Below, piece by piece: positions 12,549 to 23,790 of a DNA stretch of 64,000 nt. The notes below the pieces were generated by a model that saw only the letters and a list, made by a program, of their open reading frames with translations, had not been told where the DNA came from and ran no database searches. Both the position numbers and the translations under genes were made by a program. This DNA comes from Heptranchias perlo (Eukaryota), in contig NC_090349.1 in assembly GCF_035084215.1 (NCBI RefSeq), positions 21,266,001 through 21,330,000 of the forward strand, given 5' to 3'. Each line of letters starts with the position of its first letter. The first letter of the stretch is position 1.

Positions 12549-12579
12549 AGTGAAACACAGTTCCACTTTGCACATACAG

Positions 12580-13200
12580 AGGTCGGTTTTAACAGGAGGC
12601 AGGATCGGTGCATGGGGGGCCTGAATTAGTTGGCGCACATGAAAGTTGGAACAAAGCAAGGCCCGGACTGCGAGGCTTCATTTACATGGAGCTTGTCAAC
12701 ATCCCACCTGGCCAGTGAGCGGGAACGGGATTTCAGGCAGCATGAGACCACTGCCGCGGACTTGCAGGAATAGTTCCGGCACTAAGGTAGGTTGATTGGG
12801 GGAGTTGGCGAGCGATCGTGGTCAGAGAGGGGGCTAAGCACGGGGCAGGGGAGGCCCAATGTTTCCTTGTGGGATCCAGAGGAGCACTCTTGGCCCACAA
12901 GGAAACTTGAAAAAAAGTGTTTCAAAAACTTACCTTGCTGGGCCTCTACTGGTACTAGATCCAGCTCCCGGCAGGTTTGGCCTGGTGGAGAAACCACCAT
13001 TGCTCCCCCCGCTCAGGCCTCAAGCTAATATTGCAGTCGAGCGCTAATTACGTCATCGGAGCTCGATCCACATATTTAAAGAAGGACCCAACTGGCTTCG
13101 GCTGTTTGTCCTTGCCACCTGCAATTTAAGATTGCAGTTGCCCAGATCAGTGTGGGAAGCCAGTGGATAAGTCCTCTGTTTTAACTACTTTCTGCCCCCC
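12580..13200. mobile_element. GC-rich non-coding interspersed repeat (possible non-autonomous DNA element), related to 26895-27450
   Basis: Shares the blocks GGAG-CACTC..GGCCCACAAG..ACTTACC with 27120-27182; no coding capacity. Confidence 0.45.
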
Positions 13201-13952
13201 CACAGCGTGAGCATAAAGCTAGTAAGGTATAACATGACTAGATGCAGGATTAAGTTATCTCTACTCTACTCTAAAAACATATCCTAATCCCAATTTCAGA
13301 AGAGTATTTTTCCATTTCCCAAACTACCATATTACAGTCTCCAAGCGAGACTGCCAATTTATTTTTGATGATGTATCATACTCAAAACCACAACTTATCT
13401 TTTTCTTTCAGATGCTGATCGAACTGCCTGTACTCCAAGTATTTTCTTACTTAATCATGGTTTTTCTTATCACTACAAATTTAGTGGTAATTTGTGACCA
13501 GTTTTCTGCAGAGGCCAACACCCAACAGAACCTAGTCAAGTTTGATTGAAAGGACAGCATACAATTCCAATAGTTTTAAATAAAAAGTTTTTATTTTATA
13601 TTTAAAAAGACTAAATCCCCTAACCCAATCAATTCAATCTCCTGTCCTTAGTCTAACACCCAAGCACAGGGGACAGTATTTTTAAAATTATTTTTCCCCT
13701 TGCCAATTTCTCCGCTCCCCTCTCCTCTCCTGAAGGCAGTGAATCTTCTTGTTCCACAGGCAACTGGTGTCTCCAGTTCAGGGACGAAGGGGGGAATCTA
13801 ATTGTGGATTATGAAGATATTAAATAAATATTTGCATCGTTTTTTTGCAAATAATGATGGAAGTGAGAACGTAGGTGTACTAGATGAGTATATGGAACAA
13901 TTGACAGAACTGCAGAAAAGAAATTAGCTCTGAAAAAATTAGCAAAACTCAA

Positions 13953-14577
13953 CAACAACAACAACAACTTGCATTTATATAGCGCCTTTAACTGAGTAAA
14001 ATGTCCCATGGCGCTTCACAGGAGCGATATCAAACAAAATTTGACACCAAGCCACGTAAGAGATTTTAGAACATGTCAAAGAGGTTGGTTTTAAGGAGTG
14101 TCTTAAAGGAGGAGAGAGAGAGAGGTAGAGAGGCAGAGAGGTTTAGGGAGGGAATTCGAGAGCTTATGGCCTAGTCAGCTAAAGGCATGGCCGCTAATGG
14201 AGCGATTAAAATTGGGGATGCGCAAGAGGCCAGAATTGGAGGAGCGCAGAGATCTCGGAGGGTTGTAGGGCTGGAGGAGGTTACAGAGATAGGGTGGGGT
14301 GAGGCCATGGAGGGACTTGAAAACAAGGATGAGAATTTTAAAATCGAGGCGTTGACAGACTGGGTGCCAATGTAGGTCAGGGAGCACAGAGGTGATGGGC
14401 TAACGGGACTTTCTGCGAGTTAGGATACGGGCAGCAGAGTTTTGGAAGAGCTCAAGTTTATGGAGGGTGGAAGATGGGAGTCCAGCCGGGAGAGCATTGG
14501 AATAGTCAAATCTAGAGGCAACAAAGGCATGGATGAGGGTTTCAGCAGCAGATGAGCTGAGGCAGGGGCGGAGACAG
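13953..14577 (-). mobile_element. L2 LINE 3' fragment with (TTG)n tail and an 11-bp target-site duplication, inserted in an old CR1 (about 13780-16890)
   Basis: (CAA)n at about 13950-13968; GCAAAACTCAA at both 13942-13952 and 14578-14588. Confidence 0.9.
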
Positions 14578-14973
14578 GCAAAACTCAAGATGGATAAGTC
14601 ACCAGACTCTAATGGCATCCTGTTGAATGAAGTTCAAGATGGGTTAGCAGAGGCTCCGAACACAATTTTTCAATTCTCCTTAAATTTCAAATTGTGCTGT
14701 GAACCTGAATGGTGGCCGGTGTAGCACCCTTGCTCAAGAAAGGCGAGAAGGATAACTGCAGACCAGAAGGGTTAGACTAATATTATTTGTATAAAGGTTT
14801 TTAGAATCCATAAGTCGAGGTAAAACTACTGAGGATTAAGAAATGCCTGGTTCAATCAAAGACAGTCAGCACAGAGTTGTTAAAGGCAAGTCATGTTTTA
14901 CAAACTTAAGAGTTTTTTTTGCAGTGAACGAATGGATAGATAAAGGGAATTCCGTAGATGGAGTATATACAGT

Positions 14974-15391
14974 GCGTCAGCCGTGGCTCAGTGGGTAGCA
15001 CTCTGATCTCGAGCACAAAATCTAGGCTGACACTCCAGTGCAGTACGGAGGGAGTGCTGCACTGTCGGAGGTACCGTCTTTCGGATGAGACGTTAAACCG
15101 AAGCCCCGTTTGCCCTCTCAGGTGGACGTAAAAAATCCCATGGCACTTTTCGAAGAAGGTTAGGGGAATTCTCCCCGGTGTCCTGACCAATATTTATCCC
15201 TCAACCAACATTACAAAAACAGATTATCTGGTCATTATCATCTTGCTGTTTGTGGAAGTTCGCTGTGTGCAAATTGGCTGCCATGCTTCTTACATTACAA
15301 CAGTGACTACACTTTAAAAAAAGTACTTAATTGGCTGGAAAGCATTTTGGGACATCCTGAGGTCATCAAAGGAGCTATATAAGTGCAAGTC
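14974..15391 (+). mobile_element. Deu-domain SINE (SacSINE1/AmnSINE1-like) with an L2-type tail
   Basis: tRNA A-box TGGCTCAGTGG; Deu core TCGGATGAGACGTTAAACCGA..CCCATGGCAC..AATATTTATCCCTCAACCAAC; tail GCTATATAAGTGCAAGT. Confidence 0.85.
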
Positions 15392-15699
15392 TTATGGAAT
15401 CTCAGGAGGCATTTAATAAGGTGTTTCAAAAGAGGCGTTAGAAAAATTCAGGGGTATAGTTAAAGAAGAACCGTATGGACGAAAAGGTGGTTAACGAACA
15501 ACAAATAAAGAGTTCAGCTGTTGCTTAAATAGTAGAAAGGTTGGAAGTAGTGCACCCCAGGGGTCGGTGTCGGGTCCACTTTTGTTCTTGGTACATATAG
15601 ATGATTTGCACGTGCGTATAGGGAACACTGTCTCAAAATTTGCTGATGACACAAAAGTAGGTTAGGCAAATAGAGAGAAGGACTGAAAAAGACTTCAAG

Positions 15700-16140
15700 T
15701 TATCCGTATCGTAACCCCTAAGTCCCACTCATGCATCACCCATGGGCTCGCTGATCTATATTGGTTCCTGGTCCCTCAATTTAAAATTCTCATTCTAGTG
15801 TTCAAATCCCTTCATGGCCTCATCCATCCTCCAGCCTTACAACCCTCCAAGAACTCTGGGTTCCTCCAACTTTGGCCTCTTGTGCATGCAGAAATCCCTT
15901 CGCCCCAATACTGGCCTTCAGCTGTCTAGGCCCCACGCTTTGGAATTCCCTCCCTAAACCTCTCCGCCTCTCTCACTCTTCTAGACCCTTTTTATAACCT
16001 ACCTCTGACCAAGCTTTCAGACGCCCCTCCTAATATCACCTTCTTTTGCCCAGTACCACTTTTTCTCTGATTATGTTTCTGTGAAGTGCCGTGGGATGTT
16101 TTTCTACATTAATGGTGCTATATAAATACAAGTTGTTGTT
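15700..16140 (+). mobile_element. L2 LINE 3' fragment nested in the old CR1
   Basis: L2 tail GTGCTATATAAATACAAGTTGTTGTT; the CR1 sequence (AGACTTCA...GGAAGAC) resumes after it. Confidence 0.85.
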
Positions 16141-17424
16141 CAGGAAGACACAGACAAATTAGTGGAGTGGGCAGACAGGTGGCAGATGTATTTTAATATG
16201 GCTAACTGTGAGGTAATACATTTTGGGAGGAAAAACAAAGTTTAGGGGTATACATTTAATGAAGAGACACTGAAGGATGTGGATGAACAGAGGGGTCTGG
16301 GGTTCAAATGTATAATTTCATGGAAGCGTGAGTGCAGGAAGATCAAGCCATTGAAAGACCAATGCAATTTTGGATTTATAAATAGGGGCGGAGTACAAGA
16401 GTAAAGAAGTAATGATGAATTTATACAAAACATTAGTTAGGCCATGGTTAGCCTACTCTCTGTAATGGGTGTCCCAAATCTACTAAGAATACAGAGTAAA
16501 TTCACCAGGCTGATGCCAGGGTTGAGAAACTAGTTACGAGGAGGGAGTTGAGATACTGGGATTATTTCTATTACAGCAGAAAAATTTTTAATATTATGAT
16601 GGGTTTGATAGAGCACTTTCTCTGGGGAGTCAGTGACAAAGGGTCATCCATTTAAAATTATTATAAGAATGAAAAGAGATGTTGGGAGAAATTTCTTTAT
16701 GCAGTAGATTATTGGAGCATGGAATGCTTTGCCACAGGGAGTGGTTGAGGCAAAGACCATTGGAACTTTTAAGGCAAAATCACATAAATATTGGAAGCAG
16801 AGAGTGGGACAGTGAGATTAGTTTTGGACTGCTTTAGCAAAGAGCCAGCACAGACAAGACTGACCGAATGGCCTTTTTCTGTGCTATAAACCTCTATTTT
16901 TTCAGGTGTAAGTGTTCATAGGCTGCTCAATCTCTGGGTACTTTGCTATGAGACCCCTAAGTGCATTTCTAGCAGGCATATACACAGAAGGGAAGAAAAA
17001 TGTATTAATTAAAAAATGTATAAACAATAGTTCTTTAAGCTACATGATGGTTAAAAGTGGAGAACAATTCGTTTTATATAGGTGATAGTATAGGGATGAC
17101 GAGGAAGTGTTGAAAGATCAATGAGCCGCAATAAAACATGACTCTATCCCTAAACAGGAGGTAAGAGTTACTCCCTCAGACCTGTCAAATCCCAAAGAAA
17201 ACAATGCAAACTCCATCTAAGTCCCACTCATGCATCGCCCATTGCCAAAAACAGCTGTAAAAAAATGATAGCAATTAAAGTACTACCATCCTCCTTACTA
17301 ATAAACTCACCATTGTAGACAGTTACATTCTGAAAAACAAACATCTGCATAAGGTATAGCAAAGACCGCTGGGGTATTTGCATAAGGTATAGCAAAGACC
17401 GCTGGGGTATTTTCATAAAGTGCA

Positions 17425-20400
17425 TCCCCACCACCCCCCAACACACACACACACGCCTCCCCCCGCACACGCACACAGCCCCCCCCCGCGCACAGCCCCC
17501 CCCCCCGCGCACAGCCCCCCCCCCCGCGCACAGCCCCCCCCCCCGCGCACAGCCCCCCCCCCCCGCGCACAGCCCCCCCCCCCCGCGCACAGCCCCCCCC
17601 CCGCGCACAGCCCCCCCCCCCGCGCACAGCCCCCCCCCCCGCGCACAGCCCCCCCCCCCGCGCACAGCACCCCCCCCCGCGCACAGCCCCCCCCCCCGCG
17701 CACAGCCCCCCCCCCCGCGCACAGCCCCCCCCCCCGCGCACAGCCCCCCCCCCCGCGCACAGCCCCCCCCCCCGCGCACAGCCCCCCCCCCCGCGCACAG
17801 CCCCCCCCCCCGCGCACAGCCCCCCCCCCCGCGCACAGCCCCCCCCCCCGCGCACAGCCCCCCCCCCCGCGCACAGCCCCCCCCCCCGCGCACAGCCCCC
17901 CCCCCCGCACACAGCCCCCCCCCCCGCACACAGCCCCCCCCCGCACACAGCCCCCCCCCGCACACAGCCCCCCCCCGCACACAGCCCCCCCCCCGCACAC
18001 AGCCCCCCCCCGCACACAGCCCCCCCCCGCACACAGCCCCCCCCCGCACACAGCCCCCCCCCGCACACACGCACACAGCCCCCCCCCGCACACGCACAGC
18101 CCCCCCCCCGCACACGCACAGACCCCACGCCTCCCCCCACACACGCACAGACCCCCCCCAACACGCGCACACAGCCCCCCCCCCCGCACGCGCACACAGC
18201 CCCCCCCCCCGCACGCGCACACAGCCCCCCCCCCCCGCGCACACAGCCCCCCCCCCCCCGCACACAGCCCCCCCCCCCCCCGCACACACAGCCCCCCCCC
18301 CCCCCCGCACGCGCACACAGCACCCCCCCCCGCACGCGCACACAGCCCCCCCACCCCGCACGCGCACACAGCCCCCCCCCCCCGCACGCGCACACAGCCC
18401 CCCCCCCGCACGCGCACACAGCCCCCCCCCCCCGCACGGGCACACAGCCCCCCCCCCCCGCACGGGCACACAGCCCCCCCCCCCCGCACGCGCACACAGC
18501 CCCCCCCCCCCGCACGCGCACACAGCCCCCCCCCCCGCACGCGCACACAGCCCCCCCCCCCGCACGCGCACACAGCCCCCCCCATGCACGCGCACACAGC
18601 CCCCCCCATGCGCGCGCGCGCACACGCAGAACCCCCCATGCACGCGCGCGCACACGCAGAACCCCCCATGCACGCGCGCGCACACGCAGAACCCCCCATG
18701 CACGCGCACAGAGCCCCCTCCCCCAATGCACGCACACACAGAGCCCCCCCCAATGCACGCACACACAGAGCCCCCCCCCCCAATGCACGCACACACAGAG
18801 CCCCCCCCCCCCAATGCACGCACACACAGAGCCCCCCCCAATGCACGCACACACAGAGCCCCCCCCCCAATGCACGCACACACAGAGCCCCCCCCCCAGT
18901 GCACGCACACAGAGCCCCCCCCCCAGTGCACGCACACAGAGCCCCCCCCCCAGTGCACGCACACAGAGCCCCCCCCCCAGTGCACGCACACAGAGCCCCC
19001 CCCCCCAGTGCACGCACACAGAGCCCCCCCCCCCCAGTGCACGCACACAGAGCCCCCCCCCCAGTGCACGCACACAGAGCCCCCCCCCCCCAGTGCACGC
19101 ACACAGAGCCCCCCCCCCCCAGTGCACGCACACAGAGCCCCCCCCCCCCCCAGTGCACGCACACAGAGCCCCCCCCCCCCCCAGTGCACGCACACAGAGC
19201 CCCCCCCCCCCCCAGTGCACGCACACAGAGCCCCCCCCCCACCAATGCACGCACACAGAGCCCCCCCCCCACCAATGCACGCACACAGAGCCCCCCCCCC
19301 CCAATGCACGCACACAGAGCCCCCCCCCCCCAATGCACGCACACAGAGCCCCCCCCCCAATGCACGCACACAGAGCCCCCCCCCCAATGCACGCACACAG
19401 AGCCCCCCCCCCCCCCCAATGCACGCACACAGAGCCCCCCCCCCCAATGCACGCACACAGAGCCCCCCCCCCCAATGCATGCACACAGAGCCCCCCCCCC
19501 CCCCCAATGCACGCACACAGAGCCCCCCCCCCCCCCCAATGCACGCACACAGAGCCCCCCCCCCCCCCCAATGCACGCACACAGAGCCCCCCCCCCCCCC
19601 CCACTGCACGCACACAGAGCCCCCCCCCCCCCCCAATGCACGCACACAGAGCCCCCCCCCCCCCCCAATGCACGCACACAGAGCCCCCCCCCCCCCCAAT
19701 GCACGCACACAGAGCCCCCCCCCCCCCCCAATGCACGCACACAGAGCCCCCCCCCCCCCCAATGCACGCACACAGAGCCCCCCCCCCCCCCCCAATGCAC
19801 GCACACAGAGCCCCCCCCCCAATGCACGCACACAGAGCCCCCCCCCCCCCCAATGCACGCACACAGAGCCCCCCCCCCCCCCAATGCACGCACACAGAGC
19901 CCCCCCCCCCCCCCAATGCACGCACACAGAGCCCCCCCCCCCCCCCCAATGCACGCACACAGAGCCCCCCCCCCCCCCCCACTGCACGCACACAGAGCCC
20001 CCCCCCCCCCCCCAATGCACGCACACAGAGCCCCCCCCCCCAATGCATGCACACAGAGCCCCCCCCCCCCCCCAATGCACGCACACAGAGCCCCCCCCCC
20101 CCCCCAATGCACGCACACAGAGCCCCCCCCCCCCCCAATGCACGCACACAGAGCCCCCCCCCCCCCCAATGCACGCACACAGAGCCCCCCCCCCCCCCAA
20201 TGCACGCACACAGAGCCCCCCCCCCCCCCAATGCACGCACACAGAGCCCCCCCCCCCAATGCACGCACACAGAGCCCCCCCCCCCCCAATGCACGCACAC
20301 AGAGCCCCCCCCCCCCCCCCAATGCACGCACACAGAGCCCCCCCCCCCCCCCCAATGCACGCACACAGAGCCCCCCCCCCCCCCCCAATGCACGCACACA

Positions 20401-22945
20401 GAGCCCCCCCCCCCCCAATGCACGCACACAGAGCCCCCCCCCCCCCCCAATGCACGCACACAGAGCCCCCCCCCCCCCCCAATGCACGCACACAGAGCCC
20501 CCCCCCCCCCCAATGCACGCACACAGAGCCCCCCCCCCCCCCCAATGCACGCACACAGAGCCCCCCCCCCCCCCAATGCACGCACACAGAGCCCCCCCCC
20601 CCCCGCACACAGAGCCCCCCCCCCCCGCGCACAGCCCCCCCCCCCGCGCACAGCCCCCCCCCCCGCGCACAGCCCCCCCCCCCGCGCACAGCCCCCCCCC
20701 CCGCGCACAGCCCCCCCCCCCGCGCACAGCCCCCCCCCCGCGCACAGCCCACCCCCCGCGCACAGCCCACCCCCGCGCACAGCCCCCCCCCCCGCGCACA
20801 CAGCACCCCCCCCGCGCACACAGCACCCCCCCCGCGCACACAGCACCCCCCCCGCGCACACAGCACCCCCCCGCGCACACAGCCCCCCCCCCGCGCACAC
20901 AGCCCCCCCCCCGCACACAGCCCCCCCCCCCCGCACACAGCCCCCCCCCCGCACACAGCCCCCCCCCCGCACACAGCCCCCCCCCGCCCGCACAGCCCCC
21001 CCCCCGCACACAGCCCCCCCCCCGCACACAGCCCCCCCCCCGCACACAGCCCCCCCCCCGCACGCGCACACAGCCCCCCCCCCCCGCACGCGCACACAGC
21101 CCCCCCCCCCGCACGCGCACACAGCCCCCCCCCCCCCCCCGCACGCGCACACAGCCCCCCCCCCCCCCCGCACGCGCACACAGCCCCCCCCCCGCACGCG
21201 CACACAGCCCCCCCCCCCCCGCACGCGCACACAGCCCCCCCCCCCCCCCCCGCACGCGCACACAGCCCCCCCCCCCCGCACGCGCACACAGCCCCCCCCC
21301 CCCGCACGCGCACACAGCCCCCCCCCCCCCCCCGCACGCGCACACAGCCCCCCCCCCCCCCCCCCCGCACGCGCACACAGCCCCCCCCCCCCCCGCACGC
21401 GCACACAGCCCCCCCCCCCCCCCCGCACGCGCACACAGCCCCCCCCCCCCCCGCACGCGCACACAGCCCCCCCCCCGCACGCGCACACAGCCCCCCCCCC
21501 CGCACGCGCACACAGCCCCCCCCCCCGCACGCGCACACAGCCGCCCCCCGCACGCGCACACAGCCCCCCCCCCCGCACGCGCACACAGCCCCCCCCCCGC
21601 ACGCGCACACAGCCCCCCCCCCCGCACGCTCACACAGCCCCCCCCCCGCACGCGCACACAGCCCCCCCCCCGCACGCGCACACAGCCCCCCCCCCGCACG
21701 CGCACACAGCCCCCCCCCCGCACGCGCACACAGCCCCCCCCCCGCACGCGCACACAGCCCCCCCCATGCACGCGCACACAGCCCCCCCCATGCACGCGCA
21801 CACAGCCCCCCCCCATGCACGCGCACACAGCCCCCCACATGCACGCGCACACAGCCCCCCCCATGCACGCGCACACAGCCCCCCCCATGCACGCGCACAC
21901 AGCCCCCCCCATGCACGCGCGCACACAGAACCCCCCATGCACGCGCGCGCGCACACGCAGAACCCCCATGCACGCGCGCGCACACGCAGAACCCCCCATG
22001 CACGCGCGCGCACACGCAGAACCCCCCATGCACGCGCACAGAGCCCCCTCCCCCAATGCACGCACACACAGAGCCCCCCCCAATGCACGCACACACAGAG
22101 CCCCCCCACCCCAATGCACGCACAGAGCCCCCCCCAATGCACGCACACACAGAGCCCCCCGCCAATGCACGCACACACAGAGCCCCCCGCCAATGCACGC
22201 ACACACAGAGCCCCCCGCCAATGCACGCACACACAGAGCCCCCCGCCAATGCACGCACACACAGAGCCCCCCGCCAATGCACGCACACACAGAGCCCCCC
22301 CCCCCCCAATGCACGCACACACAGAGCCCCCCCCCCCCCAATGCACGCACACACAGAGCCCCCCCCCCCCAATGCACGCACACACAGAGCCCCCCCCCCC
22401 CAATGCACGCACACACAGAGCCCCCCCCCCCAATGCACGCACACACAGAGCCCCCCCCCCCCAATGCACGCACACACAGAGCCCCCCCCCCCCCCCAATG
22501 CACGCACACACAGAGCCCCCCCCCCCAATGCACGCACACACAGAGCCCCCCCCAATGCACGCGCACACAGAGCCCCCCCCAATGCACGCGCACACACAGA
22601 GCACCCCCCCAATGCACGCGCACACACAGAGCACCCCCCCAATGCACGCGCACACACAGAGCACCCCCCCCAATGCACGCGCACACACAGAGCACCCCCC
22701 CCAATGCACGCGCACACACAGAGCCCCCCCCCAATGCACGCGCACACACAGACCCCCCCCCCCAATGCACGCACACACAGAGCCCCCCCAATGCACGCAC
22801 ACACAGAGCCCCCCCCCAATGCACGCACACACAGAGCCCCCCCCCAATGCACGCACACACAGAGCCCCCCCCCAATGCACGCACACACAGAGCCCCCCTC
22901 CCAATGCACGCACGCACACACAGAGCGCCCCCCCCCCCAATGCAC
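17425..22945. repeat. About 5.5-kb GC-rich compound minisatellite: C-runs separated by GCGCACAG / GCACGCGCACACAG / AATGCACGCACACAGAG-type spacers
   Basis: Directly visible tandem units of about 17-33 bp. It accounts for all ORFs over 1300 aa in the track. Confidence 0.98.
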
Positions 22946-23002
22946 GACGGACCACCACCATCACACACCTGCGACGTACGTAACCCACCGCGCTCCGCAC
23001 CA

Positions 23003-23103
23003 TCAGTTCTCACGAAAAGTGGTCGACCTGAAAAGTTAACTCTATTTCTCTCTTCACAGATGCTGCCTGGCCTCCTGAGTGTTTCCAGAATGTTCCTTTT
23101 TTA
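23003..23103 (-). mobile_element. Short interspersed repeat fragment (Penelope-terminal-like), inverted relative to 28180-28305
   Basis: Reverse complement of GCTGGAAACACTCA..GCATCTGTG.AGAGAGAAA.AGAGTTAAC.TTTCAGGT at 28215-28300. The family name is from recall. Confidence 0.6.
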
Positions 23104-23366
23104 TTTGCTGTTTGACACTAACCGTACCTGCCCGTGCGATAAAGCAGATTCCGGTGAGTTATCGCAGCGGATTGGGAACCATAGAAATTATATTGAGCAG
23201 CGTCGCACGGCACTCACACAACTTGATTCAATTAATGGGACAACAAGATATAGATCGGGATCGCTGCACAGCTAAAACCGCTGATGGTGCACCGTCTGCT
23301 CGGGGCCAAGAAAGTTGCGTTCCTGAAAGCTCTGACATTAAAAGTGTAACCGATCATAATTCCTAC

Positions 23367-23463
23367 TTTCGTTGGGGATTTCATCTCTGTCTGGGTCGGC
23401 GCTGATCCCCGTGTTATCGTCTGTCAAGATTAAAGGAACGTCATCGTCGACAGGCAGCGCCAT
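23367..23463 (-). CDS. TPCN1: Two-pore channel 1, first coding exon (MALPVDDDVPLILTDDNTGISADPDRDEIPNE + 1 nt, phase 1). Downstream canonical exons are not seen in the window.
   Basis: MALPVDDDVPLILT matches the recalled vertebrate TPC1 N-terminus (human MAVSLDDDVPLILT) with its [DE]xxxL[LI] motif. The ATG has a good Kozak context (gcgATGg). Likely donor A|GTAGGA at 23366-23361; its exact position is inferred. Head-to-head with IQCD, as in the human TPCN1-IQCD-RITA1-DDX54 block. Confidence 0.88.
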
Positions 23464-23499
23464 CGCCGTCTCCCGCAGCCTGTTCCCGTACAACAAACT

Positions 23500-23790
23500 C
23501 TCGCTACCGTTCAACCTAGCTTCACGCAAGGGGGCGGGGAGGAGTCCTGCCTTTCCTCTGGCCGCTGATTGGTCCTGAGAGACCGTCGGCTTCACAAAGC
23601 CGGCTCTAAAGGCACGTCAATCACAACGCCGAGTCCAGCAGGTTTGATCGACCGCCCCGATGGTTGTTCGTTTCGCCGACTCGAGCGCGCATCTGGAAAG
23701 CTGCGGAGGTCACGAGGTCAGAGGGAAAAGGTCGCATGTATCTTAGCAACGGAATAACTGCCGCTAGCAAACAGAAGCACGGAGATAGGT
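23500..23790. promoter_or_regulatory. CpG-rich bidirectional promoter shared by TPCN1 and IQCD
   Basis: CpG-dense from about 22930 to 24050. Contains a GC box GGGGCGGGG (23531-23539), an inverted CCAAT (ATTGG 23568-23572), DR2 AGGTCAcgAGGTCA (23707-23720), an X-box-like GTATCTTAGCAAC (23738-23750) and a forkhead site GTAAACA (23842-23848). It lies between the TPCN1 ATG and a plus-strand splice donor. Confidence 0.8.
23740..23788 (+). other. IQCD: Probable non-coding first exon of IQCD (5' boundary approximate)
   Basis: Perfect donor AG|GTAAGT at 23789 in the CpG island. A second candidate donor, GG|GTGAGT, is at 24029. Confidence 0.55.

Noticed and set aside
17425-22945. CRISPR-like repeat-spacer array
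   Set aside because: There are no unique spacers (only homopolymer C runs) and no cas genes, and the context is a vertebrate intron.
1-23000. Canonical downstream TPCN1 exons (NWEMNYQEAAIYLQ and onward)
   Set aside because: Not found by eye on the minus strand; they probably lie beyond the left edge of the window.
17228-23275. Giant Gly/Cys-rich and Pro/His-rich ORFs as keratin-associated-, extensin- or mucin-like genes
   Set aside because: All six frames are open because the repeat lacks stop codons. Variable C-run lengths shift frame constantly, and there is no signal peptide or codon structure.
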